A DNA stretch of 64,000 nucleotides from Candidatus Aenigmatarchaeota archaeon (GCA_016202815.1 JACQNZ010000008.1:97932-161931), one strand, 5' to 3'; counted from the first letter of the stretch, positions 9,531 to 19,985 are shown. Program-made: numbers and translations. Notes: generated by a model from the sequence alone, not told the origin.

Positions 9531-10316
9531 CTAAGACCCGAACTTGACAAGATAGCCTGTTTTTCTGGCGCGCTTAAACGCGTAAAAGTACGCTGGCAGG
9601 GACAGCGCCAGGTATGAAACCGAAATTAGCAAACCTTGGGCCAACAGTCCGTTATCGATTGCGCTGCCGGAGGCCAGCGCCCTCGCGTTCTCAAACGTTG
9701 CTGTGTAAGGCATCAACGTCGTTATCGGTTGCAGCCAATCCGGGAAAACGGATACGGGATAGAACGGCGCAGACAACAGTATGAATATTTGCAGCATGGT
9801 CCAGGACAAAAACCCGTATTCCTTGCCAGCCGTTATTATGAACGCGGCTATGATGACGGACATGGCGATTGACGCTACCAGGGTTGATAAGAACAGCATC
9901 GCAGAGGCGGCGGGTTTTTCAAATATCACACGCAGATCAAACATGTACAAAGAAACGGAGAGCATAAGGGCAAGCAACGCAACAGAGATCGCCGTGGTCG
10001 AGATTATCCTTGCAAAAATATATTCAGATTCTTTTATCCCGGATATCAGAAGCTGCTTTATGCTTCCGGACCACGAGTCGTCCATGATCTGCATGTTAGT
10101 GTTGCTTTGCGCCACAGAAGCAAAGTTCCAGAATATATTTAACACGAGAACAATCAGGCCGGCTTCGGCGGCAAAAGATTTCATGTATGATGAGAACAAT
10201 CCCCACATCACCACGGTAGTGATAGGGAAATAGAACATCTCCATGACACGCCACTTTGCCCTGGAGAAAACCAGCATATCGTAATAGATCAGCGCAATAA
10301 CGCGGTTAATTTTCAT
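9531..10316 (-). CDS. ABC-2 type transporter permease
   Basis: Six TM segments, SAPFYPVSVFPDWLQ motif, coupled to the ATPase. Confidence 0.9.
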   Translation of the reverse strand: MKINRVIALIYYDMLVFSRAKWRVMEMFYFPITTVVMWGLFSSYMKSFAAEAGLIVLVLNIFWNFASVAQSNTNMQIMDDSWSGSIKQLLISGIKESEYIFARIISTTAISVALLALMLSVSLYMFDLRVIFEKPAASAMLFLSTLVASIAMSVIIAAFIITAGKEYGFLSWTMLQIFILLSAPFYPVSVFPDWLQPITTLMPYTATFENARALASGSAIDNGLLAQGLLISVSYLALSLPAYFYAFKRARKTGYLVKFGS

Positions 10317-11032
10317 TCTCCAAGCCTCACCATTTTTAAAAAGTATTTCTCCAGGTCAACGCCCCGGACATCCCTTGTGTCCATTATCTCGCCCCTGTAA
10401 ATGAATGCGACCCTGTCTGCCAATTGCTGGACTTCGCGCATGTAATGGCTTGTTAAAAGCATGGGCGTGCCGAATTCTTTGTTGATGTTTTTTATTTCCT
10501 TCCTAAGTTTTATCGAAATGCTCGGATCTAACCCGAGCGTAGGCTCGTCCAGCAACAATATACTGGGTTTGTTCATCAGGGCTTTCGCAAACGACAACCG
10601 CATCCGCTCCCCGGTGGACAGGCCGTCCACGCGGCGTTTCAAAATTTTTTCCAGCCCGAAAAAATCCGCAAGTTCTGACGCTCTTCGCTCGCGTTCGCGC
10701 TTTTCCAGCCCGTGGACCATGCCGAAAAAGGTAAAAACGTCCTTTACGTTCAGCGCCCAGTGGAAGCGTGCGTCATTCGATACTAAACCGACTTTTTCGG
10801 TTATGTCCGGAAATTTTCCAACATCTTTGCCGAGCAGTTTTACATTCCCTTCGTCCGCTGTCAGCAAACCGATGATAATGTTGATCAGTGTTGTTTTGCC
10901 GGAGCCGTTCGGGCCCAGCAATCCGAATATCTCGTCCTTTTTGATGCCCAAAGAAACGTCCTTCAGCGCGTAAAACTCTTTTCCCGATACCTTGAATTTT
11001 TTCGAGACGTCAATGACTTCGATAGCGTTCAT
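10313..11032 (-). CDS. ABC transporter ATP-binding protein
   Basis: GPNGSGKTT, LSTGE, LLLDEPTLGLD, TSH. Confidence 0.95.
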   Translation of the reverse strand: MNAIEVIDVSKKFKVSGKEFYALKDVSLGIKKDEIFGLLGPNGSGKTTLINIIIGLLTADEGNVKLLGKDVGKFPDITEKVGLVSNDARFHWALNVKDVFTFFGMVHGLEKRERERRASELADFFGLEKILKRRVDGLSTGERMRLSFAKALMNKPSILLLDEPTLGLDPSISIKLRKEIKNINKEFGTPMLLTSHYMREVQQLADRVAFIYRGEIMDTRDVRGVDLEKYFLKMVRLGE

Positions 11033-11059
11033 TCCAATCAGCAAGAATTGGTCTACGGA

Positions 11060-11962
11060 TTAAATAACTTTGTTTTCCAGCGCTTCGACATCCTGCGCGT
11101 TTATTACCGGCTTCCCGAACCGTTGCGTGTCGTCAGACATGCGCGGACAGGAGCAGTTGACGTAGCAATCGACATCAACGCCCATCAGCTTTTCTGGCGT
11201 AAACTCGTCCGCAATAAGTATGTACGCTTTTTTGCCGTTCTTTTTCAATATGTCGCGCGCCCGCCTGGCAACGCTTAAATAAAACTGCCCCTCTTTTGTG
11301 GACAGCAGCAAACCGAACTTGTTGGACATCTTCGCAATCGCGATGCGCGCGTATCGCTGGCGTTCTAGTTTCTCATGGTCGATGTCGTGGCGTTCAACCG
11401 AATTTCGCTCCAGGTCGAGTATGAAAAACGGTTTTTTAGTTTTCATCCCAGTTGGGTGGAATTTGCCTGTCCCGATATACAAAAAACAGTCAACTTCGCT
11501 TTCTATTACCTGCGCCGCCGTCACGTCACAGCCCAGTATCTGTCCTGCAGCGCTTGCGCCCCATTTTCCGTTCGCGGGTTCGCCTACGATTCCCTGCTTG
11601 CCGTTTTTCGCGAGAAATTCTTTTACCTCCGGTATCAAGGACAAAAAGTTAACGGTCGAAACAATGCCTATTTTTTGGTAGCCTTGCAGCATCCCGACGT
11701 TTTTTGTTAAGACCGGGATGGGATCAGCCGTGACCGGCAATATGACATACTCGACAGGTATGGAAGGCCGCACGCCGAAATCGTTGTGGCCGTAGTGAAC
11801 GAGCTTGTCGCAGCCCAACTGCTTTGCGTCTCTGTCGCGCAAATCGCACGCTCCGTAACAGGGCTCGACGGAAATAAACACTTCTTTATCATCTTGGCTG
11901 TCCGCGAACTCCGTCAGTTTTTTCTTGTAGCCTTCCGGCGCCTGTATCATCACTTTTTCCAT
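11060..11962 (-). CDS. dph2: Diphthamide biosynthesis enzyme Dph2
   Basis: IQAPEG, PCYGACD, HYGH, GQILGC, GTGKFH, STKEGQ, SCPR. Confidence 0.95.
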   Translation of the reverse strand: MEKVMIQAPEGYKKKLTEFADSQDDKEVFISVEPCYGACDLRDRDAKQLGCDKLVHYGHNDFGVRPSIPVEYVILPVTADPIPVLTKNVGMLQGYQKIGIVSTVNFLSLIPEVKEFLAKNGKQGIVGEPANGKWGASAAGQILGCDVTAAQVIESEVDCFLYIGTGKFHPTGMKTKKPFFILDLERNSVERHDIDHEKLERQRYARIAIAKMSNKFGLLLSTKEGQFYLSVARRARDILKKNGKKAYILIADEFTPEKLMGVDVDCYVNCSCPRMSDDTQRFGKPVINAQDVEALENKVI

Positions 11963-12035
11963 GCTTATCAGAAAAGAGAATTGAAGGTTGGTATTTAAAA
12001 ACGCATTAATAACGTTAACCCTATTTAGTAAATTC

Positions 12036-12851
12036 ATGTCTGATGAGATATCGAGGGCGGATTATGCAAGATCGCTGCTTGCGTCGGCGTACGACCCGGA
12101 TTCGATGGGAGCACAAACGCAGCTTGTTTGGTGCCTAGTAAACGGAGTTGCCCAGATTGGGTTAAGAAGCCATTTACAACGCGCTTTGCACGCGGGCGCA
12201 GATTCCGATCTTTTGACAAATGCTATCAAGTATGGCAGACAAATTTTTTCACCCGGTTATTTCACCCAAGTTAATAATAGGAAAAACCAGTGCGGATATG
12301 ATGCGCGAGAGTTGGGGCATCTCACTCTTCGAACATTGGCGACAGGGTCGCATTCCGCCCCGACCGGAAGCATGGGAATTTCAATGCATGAAGTCATGGA
12401 ATTGTTCGGTTCGCTCGCAGCGAAAGGTTATTTTTCTCGTTCACCATCGCGCCATGCAGTTGAAAAATATATGAAAGAAGGCATGCCGGCGTTTGAAAGA
12501 ACATTGCACGTGGAAAGAGTTGTCTTTGATAGAGAACGTTTGACAGGTGACACGGAACGGGTTATGCTAGGTGACGCAAGGAAAGAGTATGTATCATTTC
12601 ACGCAGGCAAGCTGTCTATTATGGCGCTGGTCACGGAGCTTGCTGATTCCACACTGGTAAAAGAAACTGGCAAAAGGGGACGCGATGATTGGTTCGACGG
12701 AATGAAACAGGACGCAAAATTAATGGGAGAATGGAAAAACCTTTTCTTCGAGGATCTGCCGGCACCCGACGCGCTTGTTTCATCCTCAAGAGCAGTTGCG
12801 GAAGAAGCACGGACATTTGTAGACCCACAGCGCCATCGCAGTGGCCCCTGA
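12036..12851 (+). CDS. Hypothetical protein
   Basis: About 271-aa ORF divergent from dph2; no family recognised. Confidence 0.7.
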   Translation: MSDEISRADYARSLLASAYDPDSMGAQTQLVWCLVNGVAQIGLRSHLQRALHAGADSDLLTNAIKYGRQIFSPGYFTQVNNRKNQCGYDARELGHLTLRTLATGSHSAPTGSMGISMHEVMELFGSLAAKGYFSRSPSRHAVEKYMKEGMPAFERTLHVERVVFDRERLTGDTERVMLGDARKEYVSFHAGKLSIMALVTELADSTLVKETGKRGRDDWFDGMKQDAKLMGEWKNLFFEDLPAPDALVSSSRAVAEEARTFVDPQRHRSGP

Positions 12852-12889
12852 TTCACTTCTCAAAACCTGGGTACGCCCGTCCTTTTTAC

Positions 12890-13936
12890 CTACACACTTC
12901 TTGCGCCTTGGTTGCTTAACCTGGCCTCAATGAACTGCGGCTTGTAACCCAACGGCGCATAGGCCTGAAAAAATATTCTTTTCGCAAGTTCCGCCCTTCC
13001 CCTGTCCTCGCCCACGACCACAAGCATGTAAGGCCCTGCGCCGCTCATCCAGGCAGCCATATGCTTTCCGTCGAACTGCCTGTATAACCCGCCCAAGAAT
13101 TTTGGAGTTATTCCCCTGCCATAGAATCCGTTCTCCGCCCTGGCGCATTCTACAGGATCTTCAAATTCCGCCAGTTTTGCGGCTAAGCCTCTCAGGTTGC
13201 CGTCTTCCAGGCGCCAAATAATTCTTTTCCTTGTATCGCTTATACGCGCGTCCTTTTCGTACCTTTCCTTGACGTCTTCGGTAAGAATGCTCCTGCCCTG
13301 TGCCGTCGAGCCTTTTGTTACACCTTCGGGCTTGGCAAGCAATACGTACCATCCAGGAACGTTGTGTTTGACAAATTCATCGTGCGATTGCGGAACTAAA
13401 GGATTGTGGTATAAACTTCTTTTTTCAGCAAGCCCGCCCAATACAGCGGCGCTGACATTATCGTAATGCCTTGCGGTTTCTCCGGCAACAGCGGCTTCTA
13501 TCTGCTCTCCCGTCGATAGATCGAATCCTGGTATATATCTTTTTACCAATGCCAGGCCGGCTTTCATGCCCGCGGCCGCGCTTGCGCCGCTTGAACCCAT
13601 GCCCGCAGGATTTGGTATGTTTGTTTCAGTTACAAACTGCAATCCAAACTTATCCACGAGCTCGGGCATGCCCGCTCTTATGACACCTTGAACCGCAGCG
13701 CGCGACGCGCAATTTTCATCCCATTTGACTGGAACTTTCGGGTCTTTGGTTTCTTCCACAAACACGTCTCCGGGCCTGCCGGAAAGCCTCACCATCACGT
13801 TGTTTTGCAACGGTTGTTCCAGGCCTTCAAGAGCGACTGCAAGAAGGTCAAAACCAGCCTTAATGTTTGCGCTTGTCGCGTTTGCAACAGCTGTGCTAAA
13901 AAGTTCATCTTGCATGTTTGTTACAGGCGTAGCCAT
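12890..13936 (-). CDS. thrB: GHMP kinase, homoserine kinase-like (divergent)
   Basis: ATSANIKAGFDLLAVAL, IPNPAGMGSSGAS, HYDNVSAAVLGG, MSGAGP. Confidence 0.8.
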   Translation of the reverse strand: MATPVTNMQDELFSTAVANATSANIKAGFDLLAVALEGLEQPLQNNVMVRLSGRPGDVFVEETKDPKVPVKWDENCASRAAVQGVIRAGMPELVDKFGLQFVTETNIPNPAGMGSSGASAAAGMKAGLALVKRYIPGFDLSTGEQIEAAVAGETARHYDNVSAAVLGGLAEKRSLYHNPLVPQSHDEFVKHNVPGWYVLLAKPEGVTKGSTAQGRSILTEDVKERYEKDARISDTRKRIIWRLEDGNLRGLAAKLAEFEDPVECARAENGFYGRGITPKFLGGLYRQFDGKHMAAWMSGAGPYMLVVVGEDRGRAELAKRIFFQAYAPLGYKPQFIEARLSNQGARSV

Positions 13937-14007
13937 GAAATTAGATTGACCGGAAAAGGATTTAAATGAAACTTGGATATTTTATTCCGGAAGTTTGAAT
14001 AATTATC

Positions 14008-14700
14008 ATGAATCATATTAAATCCGACCTCAACGAATTAGCAAACCCAGGGAAGGCGAAGTTTCTCGCGCGTTTTTTCAAAACCGGCAGGGGCGAATAC
14101 GGAGAGGGCGACCTTTTTCTGGGCATAAACGTGCCTATACAAAGGCGGATAGCTAAACGGCACCAATACGCCTCGTTTGATGATATAAAAGAATTGCTGT
14201 CCAGCCGTATCCATGAACACAGGCTAACGGCGCTGCTTATTCTGGTGGATAAGTACGAAAAATCGGATAAAGGAGGCAAAAAAATAATAACGGATTTTTA
14301 CCTGAGAAATATTGCGCACGTTAACAACTGGGACCTTGTTGATTTGTCTGCGGATAAAATCCTGGGGGATTACATCTGCGACAAGGACAGGAAAATTTTA
14401 TACTCCATGGCCAGGTCAAAAAACATATGGGAACGCAGGGTATCAATAATTTCAACTTTCAATTTTATCAAAAGGAACGATTTTCACGACGCGCTTAGCA
14501 TTTCTGAAATTCTTCTGGAAGACAAGCACGATCTTATACAAAAAGCGGTCGGCTGGATGCTGCGCGAAGTCGGCAAGCGCGACCAAAAAACGGAAGAAAA
14601 ATTCCTGAGGAAACATTACCGTAACATGCCGCGCACCATGCTAAGATATGCCATAGAAAGGTTTGATGAAAGCAAAAGGCGTTTTTACATGGGTAAGTAA
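14008..14700 (+). CDS. DNA alkylation repair protein (AlkD-like)
   Basis: FFKTGRGEYGEGDLFLG, NNWDLVD, WERR, IQKAVGWMLREVGKRD, MPRTMLRYAIE. Confidence 0.92.
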   Translation: MNHIKSDLNELANPGKAKFLARFFKTGRGEYGEGDLFLGINVPIQRRIAKRHQYASFDDIKELLSSRIHEHRLTALLILVDKYEKSDKGGKKIITDFYLRNIAHVNNWDLVDLSADKILGDYICDKDRKILYSMARSKNIWERRVSIISTFNFIKRNDFHDALSISEILLEDKHDLIQKAVGWMLREVGKRDQKTEEKFLRKHYRNMPRTMLRYAIERFDESKRRFYMGK

Positions 14701-14743
14701 TCTGAAATATATTCCATACTAAAAGAATATGTTTCCGTCGGGT

Positions 14744-15529
14744 TCAGAACCGCGGTATGCTGACGCCCCTGATCATGCTCTTTAATTTTCCGACAACGTC
14801 CTCTTTTTCCAGGTTGACCGGGTCTTCGCCGGTTATCTCCTTGCCGAGCCTCAAAAATTGCTTTGATGCCTTGCATTGCGGGTTATACGTGACAACAGGC
14901 TGTTTGGCAGCAAGGCTTTTCAATATGTTGCGGTCGTAAGGTATCTGCGCCAGCACAGGCATTTCCGTGAGGTTTTCGATTTCCTTGACGCTTAATTCAT
15001 GCTGCACGTTTTCAATCATATTCAATACTATGCCGAGCTTGGTCTTGGATTTGTCTATCATTTCCTTGGTTCGTATCGTATCCATCACCGACGGCACGTA
15101 AGGCGTAGTGACGAACAGAAGTTCTTCGCTTACATCAAGCGTCATTTTAGCCTCCTTGCCCAGGCAGGGCGCGGAGTCCAGCAGTATTACGTCAACCTTG
15201 CCGAGGAGATGTTTAACGGCTTTTTTTAATTCCACGGCCTCGATGCCTTCGATGTCCTTTACAGCCAGTGACGCCGGTATGATTTTTAACCCTGTCTGGT
15301 GCGTGTAAACGGCGTTTTCAATCGGTATGTTGCCCTTCAAGACCTGGTTTAGCGTTATTGGGAGAAAGTGCATGCCCATGACCATGCTCAGGTGCGATGT
15401 CGTTATGTTGCAGTCTATGATGACAACGTCCTTTTTGAATTTTGTCACTAAATCGACTCCCAGATTCGTGACCGTTGTCGTTTTGCCAACACCGCCCTTC
15501 CCGGAAACAACGCCTATGATCCTTGTCAT
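14744..15529 (-). CDS. minD: MinD/ParA family ATPase (archaeal MinD-like)
   Basis: Deviant Walker A SGKGGVGKTT, LLDSAP, IVLN, IPYD. Confidence 0.9.
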   Translation of the reverse strand: MTRIIGVVSGKGGVGKTTTVTNLGVDLVTKFKKDVVIIDCNITTSHLSMVMGMHFLPITLNQVLKGNIPIENAVYTHQTGLKIIPASLAVKDIEGIEAVELKKAVKHLLGKVDVILLDSAPCLGKEAKMTLDVSEELLFVTTPYVPSVMDTIRTKEMIDKSKTKLGIVLNMIENVQHELSVKEIENLTEMPVLAQIPYDRNILKSLAAKQPVVTYNPQCKASKQFLRLGKEITGEDPVNLEKEDVVGKLKSMIRGVSIPRF

Positions 15530-16377
15530 CTTTTTCCCCTTTTTCGGCCGTCTTGTTTTTTGCCCGTTATCCTCAGGCCTTTCTCACCGACGCTCACGAC
15601 AACATCGTCGAGTTTCGTTAATTCCTCCGTAAGCTGTTTCTTGATGCGCGCGAAAAGCTCTTTCGATATCTGGTTGCTTTCCACGAGGTCGTTGACAGCC
15701 TCGAGCTTCCTCAGCACTTTTCTTCGTTTATTCATCAAATTTTCCCTTAACGTCGTCTCGTCGCGCTTTACGGCCCGGATTTCCTTGGAAATCTGCGCCT
15801 TCACGTTTTCAGGCACGTGGCCGGACACGAGGTTTTTCAGCTCCATCAATTCGGCCATCCTGTCGCCGACGTCGGTTGCGCTTAACGGGCTCTTGATGGA
15901 CATGACAGCCTCTTTCAGCTTGTTGCCCTGCTTCTTAACCTCGAAAGTTAGCGGTTCACGGCCGGAGCCTTTGTTCTTTACGAATTCTTCCAGTTTTTTC
16001 TTGTAGCTCTTTTGCTTCTTTTTAACCTCTTCCATTTCCTCTTCCATCTCGATCCTTTCGAATTCGTCGAGCATCTTTTTTTCTTCTTCGCTCAGGTCCT
16101 TGTTCGGCATTTTCGCGGATTTGGGAACGGTAATATAAAGGTCGGGTTCTATGGTGAAGATCAGGCGGCCGCTCGTCTCAGCGACACGCTGCAGCTTTAA
16201 CAGCATGCGGCGAAGCATAGTTACGTCTATTTTCCTCAGCCTTTTTGTGTTGATCAGGACTATTTGGTTCTGTTCGCGCACCGAGTTGTAGACAGCCTCC
16301 ATATCGCCGGATATTTTGGGAGCGACATACCTGATAAAAAGCCTTTTTTTGTCCCCAGCGAACAATTTTTCAGCCAT
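15526..16377 (-). CDS. SepF-like N-terminal domain fused to long charged coiled coil
   Basis: N-terminus DMEAVYNSVREQNQIVLINTKRLRKIDVTMLRRMLLKLQRVAETSG..YITVP resembles the archaeal SepF core; E/K-rich helical remainder; 4-nt overlap with minD. Confidence 0.6.
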   Translation of the reverse strand: MAEKLFAGDKKRLFIRYVAPKISGDMEAVYNSVREQNQIVLINTKRLRKIDVTMLRRMLLKLQRVAETSGRLIFTIEPDLYITVPKSAKMPNKDLSEEEKKMLDEFERIEMEEEMEEVKKKQKSYKKKLEEFVKNKGSGREPLTFEVKKQGNKLKEAVMSIKSPLSATDVGDRMAELMELKNLVSGHVPENVKAQISKEIRAVKRDETTLRENLMNKRRKVLRKLEAVNDLVESNQISKELFARIKKQLTEELTKLDDVVVSVGEKGLRITGKKQDGRKRGKR

Positions 16378-16565
16378 CAGACCAGCTCTTTGCGCCGTAT
16401 TTATAATTATCACGCTTTCCTTTATATCCGGCCGGAAAGTCCATGAAAGTGTGAATGGTCGGAAAACTTGTGGTTTTCCAGTTTAGCAAACCGGCGGGCT
16501 TGCTGAACGCCGCGTGCTCCGCAGCCTATTAATATAAGTGTTGCGGTCATATTATATCTGATCTT

Positions 16566-16898
16566 ATGAAGAGCAATATGGCCGTTGTAAAAGTCATCCG
16601 CGAGCTGAAGAAACTGAAGGTCCCGGCATGGGAGCGCGTTACCGAAGAGCTCAGCGGCTCCACGAGAAATGCCAGCGAAGTTAATCTTTCGTCTATAGAG
16701 CGCTATTCAGCGGGCGTTGTACTGGTTCCGGGCACGGTTCTCGGAACCGGCGAGTTGAGCAAACCTGTCACTGTCGCGGCTTTGAAGTTCTCAAAATCGG
16801 CGAAGGAAAAGATAACCAAGGCGGGCGGCAAGGCAATGACAATAACCGAGCTCGCAAAGGAAAACCCAAAATGTTCCAATGTGAAAATAATGGTGTAA
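16566..16898 (+). CDS. rpl18e: 50S ribosomal protein L18e
   Basis: EVNLSSIER, VLVPGTVLGTG, VAALKFSKSAKEKI. Confidence 0.95.
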   Translation: MKSNMAVVKVIRELKKLKVPAWERVTEELSGSTRNASEVNLSSIERYSAGVVLVPGTVLGTGELSKPVTVAALKFSKSAKEKITKAGGKAMTITELAKENPKCSNVKIMV

Positions 16899-16900
16899 TC

Positions 16901-17317
16901 ATGAAAGTTATTGATGCTACAGGAAAAGTGTGCGGCCGCTTGGCGTCCGTTGTGGCCAAGCTGCTGCTCAATGGGGAGGAAATTTCCATAATCAACGCCG
17001 AGAAGGCTGTCGTTTCCGGTTCTCCGGAATCCATAGCGCGGCTTTACAAAGTCCGCCTGGACCGCGGAGATAAGTACAAGGGTCCGTTTTTGTCGCGATT
17101 GCCGGACCGCATGCTGAAAAGAACGGTGCGTGGCATGCTGCCGTACAAAAAATCTTCCGGACGCAACGCCTTCCGCAAGCTACGCGTATTCGTGGGGGCG
17201 CCAAAGGACCTTGCCGGCACAGCAACGGAGATTAATGTAAAGGACGTTTCAAAAATTACCAGCGAACACATCACGCTTCAGGATTTGTCTCACAGGCTGG
17301 GAAGAAAGGTTGTTTGA
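16901..17317 (+). CDS. rpl13: 50S ribosomal protein L13
   Basis: IDATGKVCGRLASVVAK, RTVRGMLP. Confidence 0.96.
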   Translation: MKVIDATGKVCGRLASVVAKLLLNGEEISIINAEKAVVSGSPESIARLYKVRLDRGDKYKGPFLSRLPDRMLKRTVRGMLPYKKSSGRNAFRKLRVFVGAPKDLAGTATEINVKDVSKITSEHITLQDLSHRLGRKVV

Positions 17318-17321
17318 TAAG

Positions 17322-17771
17322 ATGGCAAACGAAATCACGGCAAAGGAGCAAAAGCCCAAAAAAAAGATAAAAACTATACACTCGTTTGGGAAAAGAAAGG
17401 ACGCGGTGGCGCGCGCGGCCATGTACCCTGGCAAAGGCCTGATAACAGTCAATTCAATGCCTCTCAATTTATGGGGAACGGAATTTTCCAGGATGAGGGT
17501 GCAGGAGCCGGTAATGCTCACGCCAGAGCTGTCAAAGGATTTCGATTTTCGCGTTACGGTGAGGGGCGGAGGTTATTCCGGCCAGACGGAAGCCGTGCGT
17601 CAGGCCGTCGCCCGCTGCTTGGCCGAAGCGGGCAACAAGGAAACAAGGCAGCGCTTCGTCGATTACGACAGGAACTTGTTGGTCGTCGATCCCCGCAGGA
17701 ACGAAACGCACCATGCGGGAAGCGCATCGCGTCGTGGTTCTCGTCGCCACGAACAACGATCAAAACGATGA
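17322..17771 (+). CDS. rps9: 30S ribosomal protein S9
   Basis: GKRKDAVARA, VRGGGYSGQ, YDRNLLVVDPRR, C-terminal QRSKR. Confidence 0.96.
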   Translation: MANEITAKEQKPKKKIKTIHSFGKRKDAVARAAMYPGKGLITVNSMPLNLWGTEFSRMRVQEPVMLTPELSKDFDFRVTVRGGGYSGQTEAVRQAVARCLAEAGNKETRQRFVDYDRNLLVVDPRRNETHHAGSASRRGSRRHEQRSKR

Positions 17772-17871
17772 TTTGAGCCAATCAGAGCGTGTTTAGAGCA
17801 CTTTTTATTTTGAATGAGTTTTTACATATCGGAACTCTGATTCCGAAAGTATCATATATCATTATTTTAGA

Positions 17872-18777
17872 ATGAGTTTCGTGGACGAATTACACGAAAT
17901 AATTAATGGAAGTTTATTGGGAGATGCTTGTGTTCAAGTAAAAAAAGATCGATACCATTATTTCAAATATACTGCAAAAGATAAGAATTTTCTGGAAAAC
18001 CTGAAGAAAATTTTGGAATGTTATGGAATAAGATGCTGGATAACTGTGGACAATCCGGGTGTGCATTCTTTAGGTTTTTACATAAACAAATGTCCGTACA
18101 AAGAGCTTATGGGTTTGCATGAGAACTGGTACAAGAAAGAAAACGGAAAAAATAGGAAAATATTACCCAAAGACTTAGAAATAACCCCGAAAACTTTATT
18201 CTATTGGTACATCGGCGACGGTTGTTTAGTACGAAGAAAAAACGACGACAACCGCGTACCGACGTTATGCCTGGCAACAAATTGCTTTTCCAAAAAAGAT
18301 GTTGAAACTCTGCTGGAAAAACTGAATAAATTAAATCTTAATTTCTATGCAACTGAATCCGCGAGCGGATTCAATAAAGGCGAAAAAGCTGGTTATGCTT
18401 TATACTCGAATGTAGCAGACGGCACGCCGTTAAGGTTTTTCCAAACAATCGGACTGAAATGCCCGGAAGAAATAGCTAATTGTACAACCGGAAGTAAAGG
18501 AATAGATCATAAAAAAAGATTCTTCCGCGACAAATGGCCTACGGAAGACGATTGGATTAAAATCCTGTCCAACGTGAAATTCGGAAAACTGTTGAGGGAA
18601 AGAAGGTTCCAAATGGGTTTGACCCAAAAACAGCTTGGCGGTCTGGTTTCAATGCGGCGTGAAAACATCCGTGATGTGGAACTGGAAAAAAGGAATTTCT
18701 GCACCAAGAATTTCAGGAAAGTGTTAAAGGCGACAAACATAACCACGACTGATCTGTTAGAACGCTTAGGAGAATAA
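17872..18777 (+). CDS. Free-standing LAGLIDADG homing-endonuclease-like protein with C-terminal XRE HTH
   Basis: IINGSLLGDA and LFYWYIGDG motifs; LLRERRFQMGLTQKQLG..IRDVE XRE helix-turn-helix; AT-rich. Confidence 0.85.
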   Translation: MSFVDELHEIINGSLLGDACVQVKKDRYHYFKYTAKDKNFLENLKKILECYGIRCWITVDNPGVHSLGFYINKCPYKELMGLHENWYKKENGKNRKILPKDLEITPKTLFYWYIGDGCLVRRKNDDNRVPTLCLATNCFSKKDVETLLEKLNKLNLNFYATESASGFNKGEKAGYALYSNVADGTPLRFFQTIGLKCPEEIANCTTGSKGIDHKKRFFRDKWPTEDDWIKILSNVKFGKLLRERRFQMGLTQKQLGGLVSMRRENIRDVELEKRNFCTKNFRKVLKATNITTTDLLERLGE

Positions 18778-18779
18778 CT

Positions 18780-19151
18780 ATGTGGAAAGGCGTTATAATC
18801 GGGGAAAGCCTTGAAAATAAAAGATTGTTAAGTTCTGTGGATATTGTCGGGACTAAAAAATCATTTTTAGAAGGTGAAAAAAACAAAGGCATATTTCACT
18901 TATACAAAATTTTGGTGGGCGACAGTGAAAAGCTGTCGTTTGTGGCAGCCGCGTCTAAAGCGATTAAACAGGGCTTTTACATACACATTTGCCATGGCGG
19001 TAGAATGGTGGTTATTTTCAAAGACAAAATCTTCGAGTTTTCAGAACAAGACAATGAAAAAATTGAAGCGGCTAAAATGTATGGAACATCAATCGGAATT
19101 CTAAAAGTCCAGATGGATTTTGAGTATCTTTTGCATAATCCATACGGTTAA
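18780..19151 (+). CDS. Conserved-looking hypothetical protein
   Basis: 123 aa; GVIIGESL, VIFKDKIF, YGTSIGI..QMDF; starts 2 nt after the endonuclease gene. Confidence 0.75.
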   Translation: MWKGVIIGESLENKRLLSSVDIVGTKKSFLEGEKNKGIFHLYKILVGDSEKLSFVAAASKAIKQGFYIHICHGGRMVVIFKDKIFEFSEQDNEKIEAAKMYGTSIGILKVQMDFEYLLHNPYG

Positions 19152-19158
19152 GAATCGC

Positions 19159-19875
19159 TTAGTTCTTGTTCTTCACTGCCAGCTGCCACTTTTTGTTCAG
19201 CGGAACCCACATGGCAGCGGCTGACGCTACGGCAAAATCAGGATCCATTGATCCGTACATTTCCTTGGCTAATTCTTGGGCGGTGCGGCCTTCAATACGG
19301 AGTTCTTTCACCGCGTCGCGGATATGCCTGAATTCCGGCGCTCGCGGCTCGTCGCTTTCGCCCGTGTACGTTGACAGTAAGCCTGCCACGCCTTTGAGCG
19401 GGTAATGGCCGGCGGCAAGAAACTCGGATTCCTCGTTTCCAGCGGTTATGATTCCAAGCGCGACATCGTTGCCTGGTATGCAGACCATTCCGGCTATCCT
19501 CGGAGTGTTGTATCTGTCTCCGACGCGTCCCTCATGGCCCCAGCGCCTGAGCCCCCTGCTTATCGCGCTTATTGCGGTATTGTTGGCGTCGTGCCTGCGC
19601 AAGTATCCATCGAATATGGAACCGGTCTGTTTTCCGTTGCTGACAACGCCTATCCCCTTTATCGCGCTGACCATTATCGCATCGTATACGAGCCTTTCCG
19701 CCTCGGTTTTTTGCTCCGGCGTCATCTCGCCATACGGCTCAATAGCCACACGAGTTCCATGAACGGCTGCGATTCTGGACCTGCTGGACGCTGATCGCCC
19801 GGACAGTCCGTATAGAAGAACAGGATTCCCGTCATGTGTGGCGCCGACGCCTACCAAACGGCCCAAATAAGCCAT
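19159..19875 (-). CDS. purO: IMP cyclohydrolase PurO-like protein
   Basis: YLGRLVGVG, YGLSGRS, VVSNGKQT, NTPRIAG, STY motifs. Confidence 0.8.
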   Translation of the reverse strand: MAYLGRLVGVGATHDGNPVLLYGLSGRSASSRSRIAAVHGTRVAIEPYGEMTPEQKTEAERLVYDAIMVSAIKGIGVVSNGKQTGSIFDGYLRRHDANNTAISAISRGLRRWGHEGRVGDRYNTPRIAGMVCIPGNDVALGIITAGNEESEFLAAGHYPLKGVAGLLSTYTGESDEPRAPEFRHIRDAVKELRIEGRTAQELAKEMYGSMDPDFAVASAAAMWVPLNKKWQLAVKNKN

Positions 19876-19985
19876 GTTAAAACTAAATCCGGGAACGATT
19901 TAAGCTTGGTTGGGATTGAAAAAAGTTTATAAGCCTGCCTGAAACAATGTGTATTTAAACTATCATAACAAACCATGTGTTGGCC

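Noticed and set aside
17872-18777. Endonuclease as part of an intein or RNA intron
   Set aside because: No Hint motifs, rps9 is complete, and no interrupted RNA gene is visible in the flanks.
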